Positions 1-11,800 of a DNA stretch of 64,000 nt are shown one piece after another. A program made the translations under genes and the position numbers. The DNA is from Ascoidea asiatica JCM 7603. Its lineage: Eukaryota; Fungi; Ascomycota. Location of the stretch: contig BCKQ01000006.1 in NCBI GenBank assembly GCA_001600695.1, forward strand, positions 260,315-324,314, written 5' to 3'. Below the pieces are notes generated by a model that made no database searches, had not been told where the DNA came from, and worked only from the letters and a program-made list of their open reading frames with translations. Every line of letters starts with the position of its first letter. Positions within the stretch are counted from its first letter, which is position 1.

Positions 1-1
1 T

Positions 2-385
2 AAACCAAGAATTATTAAAGAATTCACTTCTAATCCACATGATAAAGATATTTTAAAAAATCAAAAATCTTTAAAAAGAGTTAAATCGGATATTGTTAGA
101 ATGACTTTTATTTTCAATAATATTCTAGAATTTAATAATAATAGTAATTATATCACAACTATAAAGTCGTTCATTGATCAACAGAAAAAGTCCATTGAAT
201 CTATTAAACCCATTGACTCTAGCGACTCTAATGATTCTAATGAAATCAAGGATATCGAGATAGTTAATAAAAGCAATTTAAATAAATCTTTGATATTAAT
301 TAATTCAAAGAAAGAAAATCAATTAATAAAAGAAAAATTAATAATCATTGGTTTTGATGATGGTCGTATTGGAATTTATAAATAA
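2..385 (+). CDS. 3' end of a WD40-repeat protein, ASA1-like (5' truncated by window)
   Basis: The frame is open from position 2 (KPRIIKEFTSNPHDKDIL...), so the ATG at 101 is internal. It ends LIIIGFDDGRIGIYK*, a terminal WD40 strand resembling the Asa1 C-terminus. Confidence 0.5.
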   Translation, partial: KPRIIKEFTSNPHDKDILKNQKSLKRVKSDIVRMTFIFNNILEFNNNSNYITTIKSFIDQQKKSIESIKPIDSSDSNDSNEIKDIEIVNKSNLNKSLILINSKKENQLIKEKLIIIGFDDGRIGIYK

Positions 386-515
386 TTTATAACTACAATC
401 TAAAGATATTGAACTTTAAAAGTGCAAAGTAAATGAGAAATAAAAAGATTATATAAATGAGAAGAAAAAAGATAAAAATAACTATAATGATTATAATATT
501 ATAATAAAGAATAAA

Positions 516-2294
516 TTAAAATAAAATTCCAACAATTTTATTATACCATTTAGGTGGATGTTCTTTTAAACGTAATTGTTCTTTTTCATAAAATTCTTTT
601 TCATGTTCTTCAATTTCTTCTAAACCTGAAATTAAATCAACTTCAATAGGTTTTCTCATTTTTGGTCTTTTAATAATTTTATAACCTAAAAATAAAGCAA
701 TATCAATAAAAACCATAATATATGAAAATAAAAAATCTTTTACAGTCCACCAACCTGGTAAAAATACTGTATAACCACTAATCCAAATCATTACAAAAGC
801 AGAAATTAAACCAATATATGATAAATATGGTTGAAACCAACCTTTGAAAGTGAATGAATTTCTATCAATACCTTGAGCCTTAACAGCTTTTAAGAAAAAA
901 ATATATGTTATACAAATAACACAAAAATTAATTAATTGAGAAGCAGTAACTAAATTTACAATCCAATCTAAAACTGTTGAAGAATTTTCACCTAATTGTA
1001 AAAATGAAAGTAAAGCCCAACAAAGTGAAACTAAAACACAAAATATTGGTATACCAGTTTTTGTACATATAGTTAAAAATTTTGGAGCTTTACCATCTAA
1101 AGCCATACCATATAAAGAACGTGAAGAACAATAAGTATATGAATTACCTGCAGAAAATGAAGAAACTATTAAACCAACATTAACAATATGAGGTAAAACA
1201 CCAATATTCATATTTTTCATTGCAATAACATAAGGAGAAGAACCTGCACCAGCTGCAGAACCATTAATTGCAAGAATTAAATTTGCATCTCTTGAAGAAA
1301 CTACAGTTGCAGAACAAAAAGCACTTGCAATAAAAATAAAAGTTAATCTATAAAAGACTTTTTTATAAACTTTTGGTAAAACAATTCTTGGATTTTTTGT
1401 TTCACCAGCAGCCATTGAAACATATTCTGGACCTGCAACTGTAAAACAAGCTTTTGTCATACAAGCAATAAAACCCATAAATCTACCTAAATCACCAGTT
1501 TTATAATATTCATTCATTACACTTGGTTTATTCCAATAACTAAAACCATAAGCATGATGTTGTGGATTACCACCACACATTGTAATAAATGTGAAAAAAA
1601 CTAAAATAGCCATTAATAAAACTTTACCAATTGCAAACCAAAATTCAGCTTCACCATAAGCTTTAATTGCAAATACATTAATTATAAAATATAAAACAAC
1701 TTGTAAAACTAAAGGAATTGCAGCAGAATAATCATCTCTCCAATAATGTATAATACTATTAACAGCAGTAATTTCAAAAGGTATTAAAGAACCTTCAAGA
1801 AACCAAAAATTCCAACCTGCCATAAATTCAAAAGCTTCATCAACACATCTACCAGATAATCTAATAAATGGAGAAGAAATTGGTAAATAACAAACCATTT
1901 CTGCAGCAGACATTGTGATAAATAATATTGGCACACACCAAATTACAAAAGCTAATAATAAATTTAAACTTCCAGCATTATAAAGTGGTTTTTGAAATAA
2001 AAAAATAGCACTACCAATAGTACCACCAATACCAATTAATTGAATATGTCTATTTTCTAATTTTCTTTTAGTTGAGGAAATTAAAGGTTTTTTTGTTGAA
2101 GTATTAATGTTTTTCTTTTCATTTGAATAAGATTCAGAAGATTGATTAACCTCAATGATATTTTTATCTTTTATTGAATTATTTAAATCATTGATATTAT
2201 TATTATCATTAATTGAATCATTAATTGAATAATCTTCATTTGAAGTTTTAACTAAAGTGAAATTATCAATTATTAATTGTTTGAAATTACCCAT
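516..2294 (-). CDS. AGP2: Yeast amino-acid transporter (YAT/APC) permease, AGP2-like
   Basis: Motifs RHIQLIGIGGTIG, YGEAEFWF, GPEYVSMAAGETKNPR and SAGNSYTYCSSRSLYG, with about 12 hydrophobic segments. The first ATG is at 2294 (MGNFK); the track start at 2387 is not ATG. Confidence 0.85.
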   Translation of the reverse strand: MGNFKQLIIDNFTLVKTSNEDYSINDSINDNNNINDLNNSIKDKNIIEVNQSSESYSNEKKNINTSTKKPLISSTKRKLENRHIQLIGIGGTIGSAIFLFQKPLYNAGSLNLLLAFVIWCVPILFITMSAAEMVCYLPISSPFIRLSGRCVDEAFEFMAGWNFWFLEGSLIPFEITAVNSIIHYWRDDYSAAIPLVLQVVLYFIINVFAIKAYGEAEFWFAIGKVLLMAILVFFTFITMCGGNPQHHAYGFSYWNKPSVMNEYYKTGDLGRFMGFIACMTKACFTVAGPEYVSMAAGETKNPRIVLPKVYKKVFYRLTFIFIASAFCSATVVSSRDANLILAINGSAAGAGSSPYVIAMKNMNIGVLPHIVNVGLIVSSFSAGNSYTYCSSRSLYGMALDGKAPKFLTICTKTGIPIFCVLVSLCWALLSFLQLGENSSTVLDWIVNLVTASQLINFCVICITYIFFLKAVKAQGIDRNSFTFKGWFQPYLSYIGLISAFVMIWISGYTVFLPGWWTVKDFLFSYIMVFIDIALFLGYKIIKRPKMRKPIEVDLISGLEEIEEHEKEFYEKEQLRLKEHPPKWYNKIVGILF

Positions 2295-3151
2295 TTTTTT
2301 TATAATAATATATGAATTGGATTGAATTGAATTGAATAATATAAGGTTTAACAATATGAAGAAATATATAAATATGGAAATATACAATATATTTATACCA
2401 AATTATATTATTATTATGTTTTATTATTATGATATACTATTGAATGATATTGTATATTATTGAATAAATATTGGATAATAGTGAATAGTATTAGATAATT
2501 GATTGAATATGATAATGGATAATTTCTTATCTAGATGCATTTAATACGTTGATCAAAAAAAAATTTAAGTTATCAAGTTAAACAGTTTTCAAGTTTAATA
2601 GTTTAATAGTTAAATAGGTAACATATTATTTAAATAATAGATAAGATTAAGATTATATATACATTTGAAAAAAAAAAAAATAAGATTTGATATAATTATT
2701 AAAAGAATAAATTATGAATAAATTATGAATAATTTCTGAAAATATTTTAGCCTTGACATTTTCTTAAACTTGATTTAGATATAAATAAGATATAAAATTT
2801 TAATATTTTTCATAAATTGAAAAAATTAAAGTTATATAATAATAATTAAAGTTAGATAGATTAGTAAAAATTAGACTGGAATTTTATTTATCAAATGGCT
2901 AAAATACTTCATAGTTTCTTTTATTGGTGATTAATTTAACAATTTATGATTTGGAATTTTATAATTGGAATACTTTTAAGATAAAATACGTAATTTTATT
3001 TACTTTTTTTACTTCTGGAACCTTTACTTTTTTGATTATTATTTAAATTTGTCTTATAAAATTCAAAGAAACTAGAAATTATTGCAAAAATTGAGAAAAA
3101 AAAGAAGGTTTTTGGAAAAGAAAACAAAATATTTAAATTTAAAGAAAAAAG

Positions 3152-3262
3152 TCACATGCGCAGTTTATCCGGTTGGAAGTTTATCCGGAGAAGAGTAATC
3201 CGCGGAAAACCGTGCAGATTAAAATTCAAGGAATTTCCGCGTGTTTGAGGTGAAGATTCCGC
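3152..3262. promoter_or_regulatory. GC-enriched UAS upstream of the permease: E-box plus tandem TTTATCCG and other CCG half-sites
   Basis: TCACATG at 3152-3158; TTTATCCG at 3164-3171 and 3180-3187; CCGCGG and TTCCGC follow. CGG triplets are the typical Zn2Cys6 half-sites. Confidence 0.55.
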
Positions 3263-4084
3263 GTATTATTTCCCTGTTGTAGTGAGCGGGGAGTAAATAT
3301 AATGGTGGTTAGTATAGGAAAAAACCTGTTGTAAATGAGTAACTAACAATACTCTTTGGCAAAGAAAGAAGAAGAAATCGAAGTTTATCGCCAACCACAA
3401 AAATTAAGAGAAAATAAATTAGAAATAAATCAGAAACAAATCAAAAGTAATAAAAGAAAGCGATCAAAAAGACTTTGGTTATTGGAAATGATGCTTTTAT
3501 CATTGGTTGCGTAGTAAATCTCGATAGGGAAATAAAAGTTTAATGTTCGAGAGTTCAAAGTCATTCAAATTTCAGTAAATAAATTATTTGACATATTTTG
3601 TTTTTTACAATTATTTACCCCATAATAATCAACAGTTTACTTATCTTTATGGAGATTTTGAAAATTTGAATTATTTTCTTATATAATTCATGCTAAAACT
3701 TATCAATTTAAATCAATGCCTTATATTCATTAATCTAACGTTACCAATTTTCATTTATTTTTAAATTTTTATTATGATAATTAAATCTGAAAGCAATTGA
3801 TTGTAATGTAATTCAGTAATTTGTCCTCATTGGGTATCAATTCCTTCTGCAACCATTTCCAAATTCGGATTCTTTTCCATTCTTCTCTCACATTTAATTT
3901 ATTGTTTTGATTCACCAGGAACTCATTAAAAGTCCCATGAAACTGGACTCATTTGTAATTTTTGTCGCCATAATCATGGACTGTCTAGTTTTTAAAAAGT
4001 ATCCATGAAAGTGGTTTTGGTTTGTTACCCTGATGAGTAGTCCCATATGAGTAGTCTCCTTTGTATCACATGACCATTTCTTGA

Positions 4085-4092
4085 TTTCGCGT
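4085..4092. promoter_or_regulatory. MCB/SCB-like G1/S element upstream of RIM1
   Basis: TTTCGCGT (ACGCGAAA on the minus strand), rare in this AT-rich DNA. Confidence 0.45.
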
Positions 4093-4107
4093 CTTTTTTT
4101 ACTTCTT

Positions 4108-4182
4108 TTAAAAAGCTGGTTCAAATTGGTTAAAAAGCTGGTTCAAATTGGTTAAAAACTGGTTCAGAATTGGTTTAAAACT
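4108..4182. repeat. 22-bp tandem repeat, about 3 copies
   Basis: TTAAAAAGCTGGTTCAAATTGG at 4108-4129 and 4130-4151, then a degenerate third copy. Confidence 0.9.
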
Positions 4183-4346
4183 CGACTGATTTTTCTTATT
4201 GGTGAAAGAAGAACTTTGTTTATTTATTTATCAATTTAATCAATTCAATTCAATTACTTCAATTAACTTATATATTTGATATATATTCAATTCAATTCGA
4301 TTATATACAACTCAATTAAACTGATCATCAATAATACTTTATCAAA

Positions 4347-4781
4347 ATGTTTCGTAATTCATTATTAAAATCAAATTCAATCTTGAATAAAAATTTAAAA
4401 TTTTCTTTATTAAATAGAAATATTGCAACAATGGCAAAATTTACTGCAATTGGTTATATTGGAATGGATTTAATTCCATCAACAACTTCAAATGATAAAT
4501 CTATTTTAAAATATCCATTAGCTGTAACTCCATATAAAGATGGTCAAACAAGTTGGTATAATATATCTGTTTTTAGTCCAGGTACAATTGATTATATGTC
4601 AACTTATATTAAAAAAGGTTCTTTAGTTTATATTGAAGCTGATCCTTCAACTGGTACTTTTGAAAAAACTGATGGTACAAAAGGTTATTCTTTTAATTTA
4701 GTTCAAACTAAAATCAATTTATTAAAACCTGGTAAAGATTCGGAATCTACTGAATCAACTGAAAAACAATCTTCTACCTAG
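4347..4781 (+). CDS. RIM1: Mitochondrial single-stranded DNA-binding protein
   Basis: Basic presequence, then an SSB OB-fold (MAKFTAIGYIG, TSWYNISVF, YIKKGSLVYIEAD). Confidence 0.9.
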   Translation: MFRNSLLKSNSILNKNLKFSLLNRNIATMAKFTAIGYIGMDLIPSTTSNDKSILKYPLAVTPYKDGQTSWYNISVFSPGTIDYMSTYIKKGSLVYIEADPSTGTFEKTDGTKGYSFNLVQTKINLLKPGKDSESTESTEKQSST

Positions 4782-4889
4782 TTTAGTTAGTTAATTATTT
4801 ATATATAGTATTTCCCTTTTTTTAACCTCCCTCTCCCTCTCTCTCTTTCTCTATCTAATTTCTCTATTCTTATTTACTATTACTATTAC

Positions 4890-4890
<1 letters not shown>

Positions 4891-4923
<33 letters not shown>
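4891..4923. repeat. (ATT)n microsatellite
   Basis: About 11 perfect ATT units between the convergent RIM1 and p24 genes. Confidence 0.9.
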
Positions 4924-4927
<4 letters not shown>

Positions 4928-4984
4928 CTATTATTATATTTTATTATATATATAACTTACAATGAATTACTTATTACTTAGTAC

Positions 4985-5641
4985 TTAAACTAACTTTTCT
5001 TTAACAAAAAATGATCTTAAATGTCTCATTTGCCATGCACATGTACATCCTAAAACAATTAATTGAATTAATGTCCATTTAACAACTCTTTCATTTGTAC
5101 TTTCACTTCGATCTCTAAACATTGCTTCTCTATCTCTCATTAAATTTTGTTCTCTTCTAATTTCATTAACTTTATTAGTTAATAATTTAACTCTTGATGT
5201 TAATGTACCAATTGCATCTTTACCCTTTGTATCTAAATTTTTACTTTCTCCAATATTAAATTCAATATTAATTTTTGCTTTAGTTTTACTAATCCAACCA
5301 GAACTTTCAGGTTGAAAACAAATTCTATGTTCTCCAGAATCAATTGCTGTAAATGTAAATTCACTTTTAGATATTCCCTTTTGATGTACAACTCTATGAT
5401 CATCATCAAAAACTTCTTCAACATCAATAATTAATCCCATTTCTAATGAATTTCTATATCCATTAACTCTTTGATCAAATACTTCTATTTTATATTTTCC
5501 AATTAATAATGTACCTTCACTTAATTCTTTATAAAAACATCTTCTTTCTCCTCCATTAACATAAAAATGAAATCCATTTGTTAATTTTGAAAAAATTAAA
5601 ATTATAAATATTATAAATGAATTTAATTTATTATTTATCAT
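4985..5641 (-). CDS. ERP1: p24/emp24 family cargo receptor, alpha subfamily (Erp1/Erp5/Erp6-like)
   Basis: Signal peptide, GOLD domain (ERRCFYKEL, GEHRICF), coiled coil (REAMFRDRSESTNERV), TM segment and FFVKEKLV dilysine tail. Confidence 0.85.
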   Translation of the reverse strand: MINNKLNSFIIFIILIFSKLTNGFHFYVNGGERRCFYKELSEGTLLIGKYKIEVFDQRVNGYRNSLEMGLIIDVEEVFDDDHRVVHQKGISKSEFTFTAIDSGEHRICFQPESSGWISKTKAKINIEFNIGESKNLDTKGKDAIGTLTSRVKLLTNKVNEIRREQNLMRDREAMFRDRSESTNERVVKWTLIQLIVLGCTCAWQMRHLRSFFVKEKLV

Positions 5642-6065
5642 TTTTTTATCAATCTTTTTTATTCCCTATTCAATATTATTCTTTGTTCTTTATCTCTATT
5701 CTTTATTCCTCATTCAATTCAAATTATTCTATTCAAACCAATATATTTATTATTTTTTTATTGTTATTTCTTATTTATTTTTCACTCCTTCAAATGAACT
5801 TTCTTTGAACTTTGATTGAATTTTGAATTACGTGTTACTGAAAAAATGATCTGCTTACGGGCTTAAGTACTATTATTACGTAATCGTATTTTTCATCCAT
5901 CAAATAAATAATTATTTAAAGGTAAATAATGAAATGAATAATGGAATAAAGAATTAATTATTGTATTGAATGAATATATAATGAAATAAATAAACAAGAG
6001 AAACGAAAGAAGTAAAGAAATGATGAAACAAAAGAAGTAAATTCAAATTATAATACTTCCAACAG

Positions 6066-8063
6066 TCACTCATACGTATATCTTTTTTTTAATAGTCCAG
6101 GTCTTTTGAAATAATATTGTTTATGACTTTTTCTACAACTTCTTAAACTACTACCTCCTTTTAAACTTATCATTAATTTTTTTCTTTCCAATTCTGAATC
6201 TGTATCAATATTATAATAATATTCCTCATCTAATGGTTTTCCTGCTGCATCTTTACCTTCTCTATTGATTTTTCCAATACAATCAATATTTGATAAAATT
6301 TCTCTTAAAATATCAATATTATTTAATTCATCTTTTATTATATGTGATATACTATTATTTAAATATGTTATTGGAGTTTGATTTAAATTTGAAAATGATA
6401 AATGATTAATTAAAATATTTTCAATTGTTTTTAAATCTAATTTAGAATTGATTTTTTTAATTTTTTCTTCTAATTGTGAAAATTTATCTTCATTTTCTTT
6501 GATTTCTAATTTATTTACACTTGTTATGTTCTTTAAATCAATTTTTTTAATATCATCAATATTATTTGAAATTATTGAAGAATTTAAAGATCCTTTGGAT
6601 TGAATTCTTTTTCTTAATGATTTTGCATTATCATAATATTCTTCTCTTTTATTTAAAATTTTAATTCTATCTTTAATTTCTTGCTTATCCATAAATTCAT
6701 TTTTCATGATTAATTTATTTTCACTGACTTTATCAATATCATCATCTGTAATTTCTTTTACTACGGATTCTTTAGGCTTAGTTTTCTCTTTTACTATAGT
6801 CTTTACCAAAATAATATCATTAGTTTCTTTGATTTCTTTACTTCTTTTAGTTTCTTTAGTTTCGATTGGGTTCTTTAAACTTAAACTACTCGATTCAATA
6901 GATTTCGAAGCTTCCTGATTATCATTATTGATATAATTGTCTAGTATCATAAATTTAACTAAATTAATTTCCCTTGGAATTGATGGTTCCAATTTTGTAC
7001 CTTCTATTGCAATATAATTTCCTTTAATATCAATTAAAATATTATTAATACATGGAATTATAAGTTTTTCTCCTTTTAATATAAAAATTATACTTTCTTT
7101 ATTTTGAATGGCTAATCTATTGAAATTAGTTAATCCTTTTCTAATTAACTCAGAAAATGAAGATTCTTTGATATTAATAGATTCTTTAAAGAAATAATCT
7201 TTATAATTCTTTTTTTTTTCTTTAGGCTTCACATCTTGAGAAATTAAATAATTCAATTTAATATAATAAGGTAATATCACACTACATCCATTTAAACCAT
7301 AACAACTTATAATCAATTCATTTTTTAAATTATCATAATCAATTTTTAAATGTTTTCTTGAAATTAAATTTAAATTTTTTAAATCTGAATTTATGAAAAA
7401 ATCTTTGCTTCTACCAATTATTAAAGGATTAAAATCATTTGTGATTTTAATTAATTTCAAACTGATATTAAAATCAGAATCAGTTTCAATTGAAGATTTC
7501 TCAATTACTTTTTTATTTTTTATTTCTTCAACAGCTTCATTCAAATTATATAAATTAATTTCTTTAGATTTTTCAGTCTCTTGAATTTCATCTTCTTCAT
7601 CCAAATTATTTGACATGTAAGTATCATTTAATTCCAGGACTTGATCTTGATCATTAGTTAGTGTAGATTTAAAATCATTGGAATATATTATAGATTCATT
7701 GATACCAGAATTAATGTTGAGTTGATTTTCTTCATCATCTTTATCAGAATATAAAGAAAAATCAGAAGTTGGATTAGGGGTAGGTAATTGAAAATTATTT
7801 TTTTTTATATTAGAAATGACAAGTATATCATTTTGATTATTTGAAATTGAGTTAGATAATATATTTTTTGTTGGTAATTTTTTTGAATTTAAATTTCCTG
7901 AAGAATTCAATTTCTCTTTATTATTTTTCAAAATATTAATATTTTTGTCATTATTATATTGAAAATAATTTTCTTTATCACTTTCTAAATCTTCTGAATC
8001 ATTCAATGGAACAGAATCATAAAATTCAAGAACTGGAGAAGATGGAGGAAATTGATCTTTCAT
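6066..8063 (-). CDS. FHA-domain transcription regulator, PLM2/TOS4 family
   Basis: N-terminal FPPSSP and LPTPNPTS; FHA motifs IIGRS and ISRKH...GLNG; C-terminal INHLSFS, REGKDAAGKPLDEEYYY and LRSCRKSHKQYYFKRP. Confidence 0.85.
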   Translation of the reverse strand: MKDQFPPSSPVLEFYDSVPLNDSEDLESDKENYFQYNNDKNINILKNNKEKLNSSGNLNSKKLPTKNILSNSISNNQNDILVISNIKKNNFQLPTPNPTSDFSLYSDKDDEENQLNINSGINESIIYSNDFKSTLTNDQDQVLELNDTYMSNNLDEEDEIQETEKSKEINLYNLNEAVEEIKNKKVIEKSSIETDSDFNISLKLIKITNDFNPLIIGRSKDFFINSDLKNLNLISRKHLKIDYDNLKNELIISCYGLNGCSVILPYYIKLNYLISQDVKPKEKKKNYKDYFFKESINIKESSFSELIRKGLTNFNRLAIQNKESIIFILKGEKLIIPCINNILIDIKGNYIAIEGTKLEPSIPREINLVKFMILDNYINNDNQEASKSIESSSLSLKNPIETKETKRSKEIKETNDIILVKTIVKEKTKPKESVVKEITDDDIDKVSENKLIMKNEFMDKQEIKDRIKILNKREEYYDNAKSLRKRIQSKGSLNSSIISNNIDDIKKIDLKNITSVNKLEIKENEDKFSQLEEKIKKINSKLDLKTIENILINHLSFSNLNQTPITYLNNSISHIIKDELNNIDILREILSNIDCIGKINREGKDAAGKPLDEEYYYNIDTDSELERKKLMISLKGGSSLRSCRKSHKQYYFKRPGLLKKRYTYE

Positions 8064-8406
8064 TTTATAATTGAATAGATTATGAATCTTTTAATTAAAA
8101 GAGTTTTAAAATTATTTGTAAAATACGTAATTCCAAATATCTTTTATATTTTAGGGAAAGAATTATTATTAAAATTAAATAAGCAAATTTAAGATAAATT
8201 GAATCTAATCAAAGCAGCCAAATTGAAATAAATCAAATAAGTAGAAGAAGTCTTACAAGAAGTAAAACTTCAAAGTTACATTTTTCAAACAGACATAATT
8301 GAAAAGATGAATATCCTAAAAGACATGAAAAAAGAATAACAGTCAACTTGAAAATTATTATTTATTTGTTTATATCTTTCTTTATTTATTTATTTATATT
8401 TACAAA

Positions 8407-8627
8407 CACGAAACAAATTAAAAACCACGAACAATGAAAATTCAGTAACAAAAATAAAAAAACTCGTGTTTGTAGGAAAAACTAGCCACATTTACACCAG
8501 CCTTTATTGTTACAAGCCCACAAAAAAAAAAATAAGATATACATATATGCATACAACTGCACTGGAGCACATCTAATTACATATTTTTACATATCCGGAA
8601 AAAACAAGAATTTTTTGAATTTCGCGT
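8407..8627. promoter_or_regulatory. SCB/MCB-like elements upstream of the PLM2/TOS4-like gene
   Basis: CACGAAA at 8407-8413 and TTTCGCGT at 8620-8627, consistent with the known SBF/MBF control of TOS4 and PLM2. Confidence 0.55.
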
Positions 8628-8808
8628 CTATTTTTAAATAAATAAAATCCGGGGAAAATGAAAAAGTCAAGTGAAAAAGTCAGAGGAAAAGTTTGGTTGA
8701 TTTTTTTAGGAGAAGCGAAGTAAAAGAATGTAGATTAAATTTATTTGTGAATGAAATATATAAGAAAAATAAAGAGAATAATTAAAAAGAAAACTAGTTT
8801 GATTAAAT

Positions 8809-11800
8809 TCATAGACTTCTATTTCTACCATGCATTTTTTTTTGCATTCTATACATAAATAATCTTATTATACTCTTTGAAATACTTTTTTCTCCAAATA
8901 ATAATAAATCTAATGTTAATCCTAAACATACAATCAATGCAATTACCAATGAACTGAAAAAAATAATATAAAATCTATAATATTCACTAACAATATTGAA
9001 TGCAAACGTATGTGGTAAATATGTATCACCAAAATCATCAAAACTTTGATCTGAATAAATTTGATTTTTATTACCATAATAAAATGTAATTAAATATTGA
9101 AATGATAATTGTTTGAATAATTTAAATATTTCAGTTTTTTTAATTCTTGAAATTTGATATATTGGATATGCTAGAAATATTATTAATAAAGTATATGATG
9201 TTAATCCATAAAATGTTTCAGATTTTCTAATATTCATTTTTCTTTTATCAAGTTCACTTTTCTTTTCTTGATAATTTGAATAAATTAATGTTGAATTTAA
9301 ATATAATATTATAAGTAATATAAATACTATTACAATTAATGCAATTGCTAATCCAAGTTCAACATTTGATAATTTTTGAATTTTATTTGTAATATTAATA
9401 ATATAAGCAATAAAAAAATAAATTGAAAATAGAATTGCATTTTTGAAAAAAATATTTAAATCATAATTTTTTTTAACAATCAATTCTCTAAAATCAAAAT
9501 CATCATCATCTTCATCGATTTCTGTAATTGCTTTTCTTGGATGTTCAAGACATGATTTTTTATTTATATAATTTTGAATAGATGCAAATAAAAATGATTG
9601 AAAAATAAATTTCAAAAATAATAAACCAATTACTGTCCACCCAAATTTAAGTATATCTCTTCTAACATTTTTATGAACATCTTTTTGCTTATAATCAAAT
9701 AAGAAATAACAGAAATACATTTGTCCATATTGGCACATTGTTAAAATGATTTGAATAAATGTTAGAAGAATTGATAATATTTTAAAATGTGTTATGAAAG
9801 TATCTTGATTATCATAAATATTTGAACTTGATTTCTTTTTTGAATATAAAATTTTATTAGCTAAATTTTTAAAAAAATTTTCATTTAAACATAGATATAA
9901 AAGTACAATTATTACAATTGAATAAACTTCACCGAATATTAATGTTGAAAAATTTGAAATTAATGTTCTTTTTGGAAATTGTAAGAATGTTTTTAGATGT
10001 TTATCAAAACTTATTAAAAATTCATATGGTATATTATCACCCATAATTGATGTGAAGTTTTTTTGATTATTATAAAAAATTGATTCGATTATAATAAATG
10101 CAATACTTAAAATAATTGAAGAAATAATAAAAATGAAATTGAAAGACTTAATTTTATTTGCTAATTTATAAATTTCTGGATTTGATTGTTGTGAATAATC
10201 TTTATTAATTGAATTTGAATTTGAATTATCTTTTTTATTAACTAGTAATTCATTTGTATCATTATGATTGAAAATTTGATTTGAAGGACTTGGTTCTCTA
10301 TTAGCAGTATTTAAAATTGAATTATCATCATCATCTTCAGGTAAAAATCTTAAGGATCTTTGACGTGAATATTCTAAATCTCTTAAAGAATCGTTTGGAT
10401 TCAAAGAATTCAAATCTGGATTTGGAATACTTTTTTTAGTAAATTCATTTAATTCAAACGAATTTTGATTCATTTGATTATTTTTTTTCGCTAAACCTCT
10501 TGAAGAAAAAGAATTATTTTTTTTTGGAGTAAACTTAAAAAATCTTGTATAAGATTTTGAAAAAATATCTTTTAAACCATTATTAAAATTCATTATAACT
10601 TTTAAAGACATAATAATATTTAAAATTAATAAAAGAAAATAAAATAAGAAATAAACTTTCATAATAAAGAATTTAATTGGATATTGATGAATTGATCTTA
10701 ATTTAAAAATAATCAAAATCTGACTAAAATTAAAGAAAATATAAAATGAATTAAATAAAACACCAGTAATAAATAAACCATAAAATTTTTCAAAACTTGC
10801 AAAAAAATCTTGTAAAATTAAATAAAATGGAGTTAAGAATATTAAAAATATATGAAAATTTGAAGAAGCAGTTGATGAAATCATATCAACAAATAACAAA
10901 TTGAAAACCATTGAAGTAAAACAACTTAAAGTTAAAGAAGCTCTATGAATTTGAAAATTATATAAGATTTTTTTTTTTGAAAAAGATGAATTACCTAAAT
11001 CATCATAAGATTCATTAACTATGGCCTTTTTAGCATAAAACCAAAAGAAGATTAATTGAACTAAAGCAGTTAAACCAGAAAAGGCAATTAATAAATATGA
11101 GAATACTTTAAATAAATGATCATAATAACTAGTATTTATAGAGTCATTCCAAATTTGAGTTGTATTTGAAATTGAAAATGAAGTTGCAGTACCATTATAT
11201 AAAAAAGCAGAGAAAATTAAAACTAAAATTAAATAAATTAATAAAAATATAACTTGGATCATATTTTTAGAATGAATTGACAAAAAAGTTACAATAATTT
11301 GAAAAATTTTTGCAAACATTAAAATTATTGTTGGTAAAAAAATATCAATTGGAGTTGAAATATCTAAAGACATTGAAGTATATTGTTCAGGATTTGTATT
11401 TTTTAAAAAATTTGCAGTTGCATAATATGGTATAAATAAATATTTTGAAGCAGAAAAAGTTGTATCTAAAGTTACAGATCTATAATTCCTTGAAATTAAA
11501 ACAATTTTATCTAACATTACACATTGAAAAGGAATTGATAAAATTACAGAAATTACAGAATTTAAGAAAAAAATTAATAAAATTTTATTTGATTTTAAAC
11601 CTTCAAAATATGAAAATTTATTTCTTTTATTATTATTTTTATTTGAATTTAAATTTGATTTTGAATTTTGTTTGATTAAAGTTTCCTTTGTTAATTTTGT
11701 ATCAGTAGTTGGAGTTAATGGAATATTTTTTTTATCATTTGATAAATAATCATTGGAATTAATTAATTTTCTTGAATGTAAATCAGTTTTTGTAAAAATT

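Noticed and set aside
2295-2387. Hydrophobic N-terminal extension of the permease in the ORF track
   Set aside because: It starts at a non-ATG codon in AT-rich leader sequence. The same applies to the track starts at 26523, 34404 and 55201.
4108-4182. CRISPR-like array or tRNA
   Set aside because: The repeats have no spacers, there is no cloverleaf or A-box, and the context is eukaryotic.
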